The notes under the pieces: generated by a model
Seen by the model: only the letters and a program-made list of their open reading frames with translations
Database searches by the model: none
What the model was told of the DNA's origin: nothing
Origin: a virus
Taxonomy: Duplodnaviria > Caudoviricetes
DNA length: 64,000 bases
Virus record (IMG/VR): IMGVR_UViG_3300021295_000003
Span: 1 to 64,000 of that record
Direction: 5' to 3' (one strand)
Shown: one piece after another, positions 10,539-17,893 of the stretch
Position numbering within the stretch: position 1 is the stretch's first letter
How the letters are laid out: each line of letters opens with the position of its first letter
Translations under genes and position numbers: made by a program

Positions 10539-11465
10539 ATGCCTAATGATACAACTACATTGAATGGAGCATTAAGACAACTTGGAGAAACAATGGCTGC
10601 CAACCTAACCACACAGGGCGTACCATCTACTTATGATGAGGGATTGACTACATTAGCTGGAAAAATCCTAGACATTCAAGGTGGAGGAGGCACTAGGACC
10701 TTAACCTTAACTGCTGATAAAAGTATATTGTCTTATTATGATGGTGATGAGGCTATACTTAGTGCTACCCTCTTGGAAGATGGTGTAGCAGTATCAGGGG
10801 CTACTGTAGAGTTCTTCAACGGTAGTACAAGTATGGGTACGGCTCAAACTGACAGTAATGGTGTAGCAACAAAAACCTACACTTCAACTGGTGCGGGTGA
10901 TGTGTCATTGAAAGCAGAGGCAGATAATGGTATGTTAGTATCAGAAACATACACTATTGAAGATTGTGTTTATTATAATGATGGTAGTAGGACAACTGGA
11001 ATGCAAAAAACAAGTAGTGCATCAATCAGTACAAATGGAGAGTATGTTGTGCTTGGTTCGACTGGAAGTAGTGAACAACACATTGGATATGGATTATCTT
11101 ATCAATCAAGTGATAATTTTGAAATCAGTTGTGTTTTAGATTATACCAATGCACAATCATATGCTTACTCATTCCTATTATGTGCAAGTAACTCTCTTGG
11201 TGGTTCAAGTTGTTATATGAATGTTAATAAATCTAATGGAAGATTAACTGACCATCTTGGTTCAAGTTCAAAAACTTACACTCTAACATTCGCTACTGGT
11301 GATAAAATCACTATTCGTAGATTAAATGGGAATTGGGTAATCTTACTTAATGATACAGTAATTTCAACAACTGCTTATACTTGGACTGGTGAGAGAATGA
11401 TTGGGCATTATACTTATCGTGAATACTCAATCTATATGAAAGATATAATCATCAAACCATTATAA
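10539..11465 (+). CDS. Receptor-binding adhesin: Ig-like domain plus switchable C-terminal domain (expressed variant)
   Basis: Big-like VSGATVEF..GTAQTDSNGVAT; C-domain starts SETYTIEDC and ends KDIIIKPL. Confidence 0.7.
   Translation: MPNDTTTLNGALRQLGETMAANLTTQGVPSTYDEGLTTLAGKILDIQGGGGTRTLTLTADKSILSYYDGDEAILSATLLEDGVAVSGATVEFFNGSTSMGTAQTDSNGVATKTYTSTGAGDVSLKAEADNGMLVSETYTIEDCVYYNDGSRTTGMQKTSSASISTNGEYVVLGSTGSSEQHIGYGLSYQSSDNFEISCVLDYTNAQSYAYSFLLCASNSLGGSSCYMNVNKSNGRLTDHLGSSSKTYTLTFATGDKITIRRLNGNWVILLNDTVISTTAYTWTGERMIGHYTYREYSIYMKDIIIKPL
10932..10967 (+). repeat. Left inversion site (inverted repeat of 11934-11971)
   Basis: ATCAGAAACATACACTATTGAAGATTGT (10940-10967) matches the reverse complement of 11934-11961 at 24/28; overlaps the dyad GTATGTT-N9-AACATAC. 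Confidence 0.7.
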
Positions 11466-11972
11466 TGGTTTGATTTTAATATTTTTGATGGATATACTGT
11501 TTGCTCTCCATTGAGTAAACTTGAAAGTTTCTGTACTATAATTGGATAACCAAGTAGTGGAATAATCAGAGGTATCAACTACATTGCCTTGATATTGGAA
11601 TTCTACATCAGTTCCCTCTTTTTTGACTTGAACTGGATAGAATGTTCCGTTATCCATATTCACATTACTTGATTTCAATTCCTCACCAGTACCAGTTTTC
11701 CCAATATAACATCTGAAATAATTGTTGACGGTTGATTTACCGAAACCAAGATGATGGGCTAAACTTTCAGATGGTGGGACGATGTCTATCCGTTGACCCA
11801 TTCCACTTACACTTAATTCACAAGTGAATATCCAGTCATCTGTGTTATCCCAACTGAAACCATCGATTACAGTATTTGAAACTGCACTTGATGAACTATG
11901 AGTCCTTGAATGAGTAGTAGTATCATACAGGAAACAATCTTCAACACTGCATATTTCTGATGAAAATATACG
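11460..11972 (-). CDS. Silent alternative adhesin C-terminal cassette
   Basis: Frame opens after an in-frame TAA (11975-11973): RIFSSEICSVEDCFLYD...ISIKNIKIKPL; paralogous to the C-domain of 10539..11465; the ORF-track start at 11801 is internal. Confidence 0.75.
   Translation of the reverse strand, partial: RIFSSEICSVEDCFLYDTTTHSRTHSSSSAVSNTVIDGFSWDNTDDWIFTCELSVSGMGQRIDIVPPSESLAHHLGFGKSTVNNYFRCYIGKTGTGEELKSSNVNMDNGTFYPVQVKKEGTDVEFQYQGNVVDTSDYSTTWLSNYSTETFKFTQWRANSISIKNIKIKPL
11934..11971 (-). repeat. Right inversion site
   Basis: Minus strand GTATATTTTCATCAGAAATATGCAGTGTTGAAGATTGT with dyad GTATATTT-N7-AAATATGC. Confidence 0.7.
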
Positions 11973-12032
11973 TTACAGGAACAATGAAAACATACACCCA
12001 AAACCATTCACATCGAAAAGGAGGCATGATAA

Positions 12033-12164
12033 ATGAAAAAAGAAAACCCACATCAAGGTTGCCCATACAGGCACACCTGCAAAAAAGATGAAACCCAATG
12101 CTGCTACCTACTCAGCAACAGGGAATGCTACCTAAACACAAACAAAAGCAAAAGATTCATATGA
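12033..12164 (+). CDS. Small Cys-rich protein upstream of endolysin
   Basis: MKKENPHQGCPYRHTCKKDETQCCYLLSNRECYLN..; GGAGG upstream; homologue at 31282..31434. Confidence 0.6.
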   Translation: MKKENPHQGCPYRHTCKKDETQCCYLLSNRECYLNTNKSKRFI

Positions 12165-12331
12165 ACCCTGAAAACCGAAGACTAAAAGAAATCCAATCTG
12201 AAAAACTAGTATGGCAAGACCAACTAGACAAAGCAGACACTATAAGCGATTGCCTAACATTCAAAGGCAAAATCGAAATAATAGAAAACGAAGAAAAAGA
12301 AATCCTAAAAAGAAACGATGTGATAATATGA
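12161..12331 (+). CDS. Small helical protein (MNPENRRLKEIQ...)
   Basis: ATGA overlaps with both neighbours. Confidence 0.55.
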   Translation: MNPENRRLKEIQSEKLVWQDQLDKADTISDCLTFKGKIEIIENEEKEILKRNDVII

Positions 12332-13005
12332 CTAGATTCAGCAAAGCTGAAATGAACGCAGCAGCAAAAACAATAAGAAAACAACTAAAAAATATGAAAG
12401 GATACCCTGCAAGTATCAACATGGTAGACATGAATAAAAAAGTGCATAAAATCTCTAAAGCATATTATATGGGATTATTCGAAGCACAAAACATATTCAT
12501 AATGAAAAACGGCAGATACCCAAACTATGTAACATTAAACTCAAAAGCAAACAATCCATTAGTAATGGATTATCAAGATAACGGTTACACATGTGGACCA
12601 ACTAGTTTAAGCATGGCAATTCAAATGCTATTCAGTTACAAAAGTGAAAAAACCTGTGCAAAAGAATGTGGAACAATCATAGGCTCAGGCACCACACCTG
12701 ACAAACTTATAGCAGGTGCAAAAAAACTAGGATACAAAGTAACCAAAATAAACAGAAACAGTAACGCAGTAAAAAACAGCACCAGTAAAGGATTTCCAGT
12801 AATAGCGCATATTCAAACCAAACCAGCAACATGTCTAGGTTACGTTGGAGATTATGGACACTACATACTAATCTATGGAATGACCAATGATGGATTATAC
12901 AAAATCGCAGACCCAACCAAAGGAATCAAAAAATGCAAACCAAGCATACTAGACAAAGCAACCAACGGCAGAAGCATACACTACTACAAGGTGGAAATCA
13001 TATGA
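12328..13005 (+). CDS. Endolysin: pseudomurein-binding repeat plus peptidase C39 (PeiR-like)
   Basis: NGRYPNYVT PMBR-like motif; QDNGYTCGPTSLSMA..GHY..ADP; 225 aa from ATG 12328, the same length as its paralogue at 30603. Confidence 0.8.
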   Translation: MTRFSKAEMNAAAKTIRKQLKNMKGYPASINMVDMNKKVHKISKAYYMGLFEAQNIFIMKNGRYPNYVTLNSKANNPLVMDYQDNGYTCGPTSLSMAIQMLFSYKSEKTCAKECGTIIGSGTTPDKLIAGAKKLGYKVTKINRNSNAVKNSTSKGFPVIAHIQTKPATCLGYVGDYGHYILIYGMTNDGLYKIADPTKGIKKCKPSILDKATNGRSIHYYKVEII

Positions 13006-13289
13006 AACTAATACCAGGACAAACCCAAAAAGAAAAACAATACTACCTTAAAATTCAAAAAAAGAACGCTGAAAGAGAAAGATTACCACGTGGAATATAC
13101 CAACCAAAAAACTAAACATATTATTTCGATGACATAGACCTAACCCATCTGTCAAGTAATGGAGAACACGAAAGACAGATGTAAAAACCAAATTATACAA
13201 AATTAATTTTCCAAGTTAATTAGAATAGTTTTATTATCCACACTTGTTAGATCTATCGAGAAAACAATATTGGTATTTCACTTGTTAAT

Positions 13290-13330
13290 GGACCAGGAGC
13301 ATATTATAGTTCCTGGTCCTATTTTTTTTT
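13290..13330 (+). terminator. Hairpin plus T-tract after the late operon
   Basis: GGACCAGGAGC-atattata-GTTCCTGGTCC followed by T9. Confidence 0.65.
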
Positions 13331-13366
13331 AAAAATTTTTATGTGATGTGGATGTAATAGTTTATT

Positions 13367-13504
13367 ATGAATGTTGAAACCTTGAAATGCTTACTTGAAA
13401 ATGTGCCTGGTGATTTCGATGTCCTGGTGGATAGTGTGAATATGGAAATTCCAGTTGATGCTGTTGAAATTGATGTTGAAAATAAGAAGATTATTATCAA
13501 ATAA
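13367..13504 (+). CDS. Small hypothetical protein (45 aa)
   Basis: MNVETLKCLLENVPGDFDVLVD..IEIDVENKKIIIK-like; below the ORF-track cutoff. Confidence 0.45.
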   Translation: MNVETLKCLLENVPGDFDVLVDSVNMEIPVDAVEIDVENKKIIIK

Positions 13505-14013
13505 TTTTGTTCGTTTCTATAATATCGAACGTTTTTATGAACCAAAAATTATATCGAATCCAAATAATAAAAAAAATAAAAGAGAGAGTAGAATAAGTTT
13601 AGGATATTCACAAGCCTATTCTACATTTACTCAACCGAATAACCTAAACTAACCAAATGCTCTCTATGTTATCACTTATATTATATGTGAAATATAAAAA
13701 TCTATTGTAAAACAAAGTTTTATTAATCCATAAAAACAGAACTTTATACTGTAACAATTCGTGAAATGAAGTGTGGTCTACGGTGTTGCAGCACCTCTCT
13801 ATCTTACTTCACTGGTTATTAAAAAACAAGTTACCTACAAGGATAAAATGATTGTTATAACCAATAGATATTTATGTTTGAAATGTTATTTAAGTTTATC
13901 TAAAATAGTCCTAGAAGAAATAGGAAGTTTTTAAACATAGTGAGAACTATCAACGATTATTTACTTGTTTTTTTGGAAAATGGTTCAGTATAAAAAGAGT
14001 TATCGGATGACAT

Positions 14014-14178
14014 TTATAATATTAGTTTCTCTACTATTATAGTGTTATCTTCTTTTATTGTCCATTTCAAAGTATCATTCGCAGTTAAACCTAATGTTTC
14101 TGCGATTTCAGATGGAATAACCGCTTTTAATGTAGTGTTATTCTTATTTGCATAATTTACTTTACTAGTGTATTTCAT
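14014..14178 (-). CDS. AbrB/MazE/SpoVT-family DNA-binding protein (candidate repressor)
   Basis: MKYTSKVNYANKNNTTLKAVIPSEIAETLGLTANDTLKWTIKEDNTIIVEKL; divergent from the early operon. Confidence 0.75.
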   Translation of the reverse strand: MKYTSKVNYANKNNTTLKAVIPSEIAETLGLTANDTLKWTIKEDNTIIVEKLIL

Positions 14179-14179
14179 G

Positions 14180-14300
14180 ATGTTATATTTGTATATCGTT
14201 GCTATTATAGTTATGGTAACTATTGTAGTTACATTTATATACTACGATAACCAATATTAAATTGAAGCACATGTAATTTCCCAGATTACAATGCTTCATC
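14180..14300. promoter_or_regulatory. Divergent promoter region with TATA box, dyad and leader hairpin
   Basis: TTTATATA at about 14234; ATAGTTA-tgg-TAACTAT dyad; TGAAGCA..TGTAAT/ATTACA..TGCTTCA hairpin. Confidence 0.5.
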
Positions 14301-14322
14301 AAAACCTACAAGGTGAAAAGAG

Positions 14323-14712
14323 ATGAAAGATAACAGAGATGAATTAATTTTAATCAATGGCGAATACTACAGCCAAAAAGAACTGGAAGGATTCATAGAA
14401 TCCAGTACCGAATTAGCACAGAAAGGTGAAAGGCAAACTCGTTTTATCAAAGCCCTTAAATTGAATTTAAGTAAAACCACACTTGAACGCAACCAATTCT
14501 GTGACAAAGCAACCCGCTTAAACAAAGAACTCCAAGACATCAAACAAATGAGCATGTTTGAATTCGGTAACACTTACTGCAGCAGTGAATCACTCGAAGC
14601 AGACGGTCACGCATTAGCAAGAAGCCTCGGAGTTGGAACAATGACTCCTGAAGAAATTGCAATCGAAAAAGCAGAAAATGCTTACATACCATACACTGCG
14701 GAGGACTTCTAA
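14323..14712 (+). CDS. Hypothetical coiled-coil protein, first early gene
   Basis: AGGTGA RBS. Confidence 0.6.
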   Translation: MKDNRDELILINGEYYSQKELEGFIESSTELAQKGERQTRFIKALKLNLSKTTLERNQFCDKATRLNKELQDIKQMSMFEFGNTYCSSESLEADGHALARSLGVGTMTPEEIAIEKAENAYIPYTAEDF

Positions 14713-14861
14713 TGAAATCCTCTCAACCTATTTTTTTAAAAGGCGACAACACCGTAGTGAACATTGACGGGTACGAAACCACCATAGGGGAACTCAAAGA
14801 ACATGTAATCGATAGCGTAATGTACAGGAAACATCTCAAAGAATTAAGAGGTGATGACTAA
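14712..14861 (+). CDS. Small hypothetical protein
   Basis: MKSSQPIFLKGDN...; TAATG coupling at both ends. Confidence 0.45.
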   Translation: MKSSQPIFLKGDNTVVNIDGYETTIGELKEHVIDSVMYRKHLKELRGDD

Positions 14862-14980
14862 TGTTCCATAGTGTCTATGATACTCCTTCAGATTTAGATT
14901 ACTCAAACTGGGAGTATTTCGAATGCCCTTACAACCATGAATGCAGTACCTGTGAATACGATTGTGAGGTGGAAGAATGA
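14861..14980 (+). CDS. Small Cys-rich protein
   Basis: ..ECPYNHECSTCEYDCE..; GAGGTGA RBS. Confidence 0.45.
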   Translation: MFHSVYDTPSDLDYSNWEYFECPYNHECSTCEYDCEVEE

Positions 14981-15198
14981 TTGATGAAATCTACGAACTC
15001 AAAAAACAACTCGACTTTGAACACGAAATCATCTTGCAGATGGTCAGACCTGATTACCAAACACGTATCAGAAAAGATGATGTTCTCAAGAAAGTTGACA
15101 GTTGGATATTAAAAGTAATCAGACCAAATGGGGAAATCTGCATCATCAACGTTGAATATGTGATGATAGCATACCTTGGTAAAAAAATGGAGTGGTAA
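14977..15198 (+). CDS. Hypothetical protein
   Basis: Coupled ORF with RBS. Confidence 0.5.
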   Translation: MIDEIYELKKQLDFEHEIILQMVRPDYQTRIRKDDVLKKVDSWILKVIRPNGEICIINVEYVMIAYLGKKMEW

Positions 15199-15200
15199 TT

Positions 15201-15407
15201 ATGAGTTGGATGAAATGCTTACATGTCGGAAATGGAACTGCTCTCGTACAATCCAATCGTACAGGCAGAAGCTTTCCAGTAACTGTGAAACATGACATCA
15301 AATACCTCATCAATCAAGGTGACTATTTGAAAGTAATCAAATCACAAGTCAGTGGCGAATGGACAGCAATAGATTACAATGCTATCATTGGAGGCGATTT
15401 ACAATGA
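15201..15407 (+). CDS. Hypothetical protein
   Basis: Coupled ORF. Confidence 0.5.
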   Translation: MSWMKCLHVGNGTALVQSNRTGRSFPVTVKHDIKYLINQGDYLKVIKSQVSGEWTAIDYNAIIGGDLQ

Positions 15408-15649
15408 AATCACTTTTAATTTTATTATTCGGCAATAAGAATGTGCCTAAACACGATTTAAGGAAGAAACCTACATCAGATGATGCCATTAAATCACTTA
15501 ACAATTTCGTTGAAAGGAACTTTTACATTATTTGCCTATTAGCAATCATCTTCCTTTTAATCGTGTTTGTAATTGTCTGTTATGCAATTGTCGGAGTATC
15601 CGCAACAGAAAGCGGAATCCAATATAATCAATTCCATAACATCGTATAA
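15404..15649 (+). CDS. Small membrane protein
   Basis: One hydrophobic helix FYIICLLAIIFLLIVFVIVCYAIVGV. Confidence 0.55.
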   Translation: MKSLLILLFGNKNVPKHDLRKKPTSDDAIKSLNNFVERNFYIICLLAIIFLLIVFVIVCYAIVGVSATESGIQYNQFHNIV

Positions 15650-15778
15650 AGGTCATTTAACCATGACAATAGGAGCATACTACACTTAAACTAATTCCTA
15701 CGTTTATGCGTTTCCCTAAATAATTTTACCCAATAATGGTATGCTCCTTTCCCAATATTATCAAGGAGGATTAAACTT

Positions 15779-16096
15779 ATGAAATTCATTATCAGCACAT
15801 TAAGCCCAAAAATGTTCCTCGAATCAGACTTCGATTTGAGATGGCACACATTAACCGAAGAGGAATTCCAAGCACTAATCCTAGATGCTTACTCCTGTGT
15901 AGGTTATGAAGATGTGGCTTTAATGTTAAACGTGGCTCACAATAAAGAGCCAGTCAAAGCAAGAGCAGGAGACATCCTACTACTTGCTGATTTGTCTAAT
16001 GGAAACCTTGAATACTACTGTATCCAAGTATGCCCATCAGAAACTCCATTAGTAAGGGCAGAAGAACTAGAATATTTAGAAGAAGAGATGATATAG
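15779..16096 (+). CDS. Hypothetical protein
   Basis: GGAGGA RBS. Confidence 0.55.
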   Translation: MKFIISTLSPKMFLESDFDLRWHTLTEEEFQALILDAYSCVGYEDVALMLNVAHNKEPVKARAGDILLLADLSNGNLEYYCIQVCPSETPLVRAEELEYLEEEMI

Positions 16097-16732
16097 ATGG
16101 CATTAAAAAGTAAACAAGACACTATCAAAGCAGAAATAGTGGAAGAAGAATTACCATTCCCAGTACCTGGAGTGGATGAAGACGATCAAGAACAAGTGAC
16201 TGACATTGTCGAAGTACAATCACAGTCTTTACCTGACACTGCAATCCTTGACCCAAGCATACCAATGAGTACAAAAATTGGTGTTGCGACTAATGTTGCA
16301 AACTGCCTAAAAGATTTAGTGGTAAGTCAAGGTTTGGTGGTTACTGGTTTGAATCCGAAACAACCTGAAGCAGAATATGTGACAGTGGAAGGTTGGGAAG
16401 TGCTCGGAACAATGTTAGGTATTGTTCCAGATACCAAGATTGTTGAAGAGATGAAAAACGATAAGGGCCGTACAATTGGATTCAAAGCAAGAGCAACATT
16501 ATACCAAAACCCAATAATCGATGACGGTAAAATCGTAGGAGGCACAGTCCTCTCCACTGCAGAAGCCTATTGCACACGTGACGATTTCCAAAAGAAATTC
16601 TTCAGTATGGCAAGTATGGCACAGACCAGAGCACTTGGTAAAGCCTACCGTATGGCTTTATCATGGATTGTTAAAATGGCAGGGTTCGAAGCAACCTATG
16701 CTGAAGACATGCAAGGATTCAGGGGAAAGTAA
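16097..16732 (+). CDS. Putative single-strand annealing/recombination protein
   Basis: YVTVEGW..KARATL..AEAY..SMAQTRALGKAYR resembles Rad52/Sak-type annealases; lies in the replication module. Confidence 0.4.
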   Translation: MALKSKQDTIKAEIVEEELPFPVPGVDEDDQEQVTDIVEVQSQSLPDTAILDPSIPMSTKIGVATNVANCLKDLVVSQGLVVTGLNPKQPEAEYVTVEGWEVLGTMLGIVPDTKIVEEMKNDKGRTIGFKARATLYQNPIIDDGKIVGGTVLSTAEAYCTRDDFQKKFFSMASMAQTRALGKAYRMALSWIVKMAGFEATYAEDMQGFRGK

Positions 16733-16762
16733 ATCCCCTTACTTTTTGAAGATGGTGAGATT

Positions 16763-17251
16763 ATGGAATTTATAGAAAAAAACTTCAAACACAGCGACTG
16801 TGGAGAATTGAACGAAGAACTTGACAATTTAATTTCTGATTTATCTTTCCACCGCGAAGGATTAACAGAAAACTTCATGGACATTATATTAGATCATTCC
16901 AACCAAAAAGAAAAAGAATGGGCAGAATTATATGATGCTCCACTTGACTGGTTAGAATCAATATTAATCAAAACTCAAAAAGACCTTTTAGAAGGAGTTA
17001 TTGATAAATTAGAAGACATCGTATACACTGAAAAACCAAAAAGACAACCAAATATGGATGCTAATCAATCCCGTGAATGGTTAATTGATGAAGTAAAACC
17101 ATTAATCCTTACAGGGATTACTTCACAAACAGAAATTGCTAAACAAGTAGGTGTTGACCCACGAAATGGAGTAATGACTGTTAGAGTAAAAAGAGCATAT
17201 GGCTGTAACTGGAAACAGTATGTAGATGGAGTTCTACATGGAAGATATTAA
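16763..17251 (+). CDS. Hypothetical protein with possible C-terminal HTH
   Basis: SQTEIAKQVGVD. Confidence 0.45.
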   Translation: MEFIEKNFKHSDCGELNEELDNLISDLSFHREGLTENFMDIILDHSNQKEKEWAELYDAPLDWLESILIKTQKDLLEGVIDKLEDIVYTEKPKRQPNMDANQSREWLIDEVKPLILTGITSQTEIAKQVGVDPRNGVMTVRVKRAYGCNWKQYVDGVLHGRY

Positions 17252-17304
17252 GGAGACAACTAAGAATGTCTCCAGCAATTATTTTTACAACAAGAGGTGA
17301 AATT

Positions 17305-17889
17305 ATGGCATTAAGCAAAAGCAATATTCCTGAAGAAAGCATTGAAGAAGTAAGTAACGGACAGGTCACATGGGATGACCTTGAATTTGAAGCAGTATTT
17401 GTAGATGAAGAAACTGAAACCAAAAAGTTCTACACCATCAGTGGTAAGGAATCCATATTCGAACCAACATGGGAAAAATTCGGAATGGGAGACCTTGATG
17501 TTGGAGACACATTCGAAGGCAGACCTGAAATAACCCTCTTTGAAAACAAGGACAAAAGTTATGATGCTGCCAGGTTAAGATTAGCTGATGATGGTGAAAT
17601 TGTAGACATCTACATTAACTATCCAAAAAAAGATTTCCCATACGTAACTGGAATCAACAAATCATTTGACTTCTACCGTAAATGTTTCGATTTCATATAC
17701 GGTGTCCTCAGATGGAAAGATGAAACCAATGTTGTAGACAGTAACGGTGAGGAAATCAACAAATTCAATAAAGTCAACCTGGAAAACTTCCTGAAATTCG
17801 TAGACAACATGAACCGTGTAGGAATCAAAATCACTGAAGGTAACCCTGACAGTGACTACAATTCCTTTATAATCTACAAATTGGAGTAA
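17305..17889 (+). CDS. Acidic hypothetical protein (possible ssDNA-binding)
   Basis: GAGGTGA RBS; lies just before the helicase; function is positional inference. Confidence 0.4.
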   Translation: MALSKSNIPEESIEEVSNGQVTWDDLEFEAVFVDEETETKKFYTISGKESIFEPTWEKFGMGDLDVGDTFEGRPEITLFENKDKSYDAARLRLADDGEIVDIYINYPKKDFPYVTGINKSFDFYRKCFDFIYGVLRWKDETNVVDSNGEEINKFNKVNLENFLKFVDNMNRVGIKITEGNPDSDYNSFIIYKLE

Positions 17890-17893
17890 ACCT

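Noticed and set aside
10940-11972. Diversity-generating retroelement behind the two adhesin domains
   Set aside because: No reverse transcriptase in the window; the copies are inverted and broadly divergent, not adenine-specific TR/VR variants
12211-12327. N-terminal extension of endolysin A in the ORF track
   Set aside because: Overlaps a coupled ORF; the paralogue shows the start is 12328
15404-15649. Holin
   Set aside because: Single-TM protein within the early operon, not linked to either endolysin
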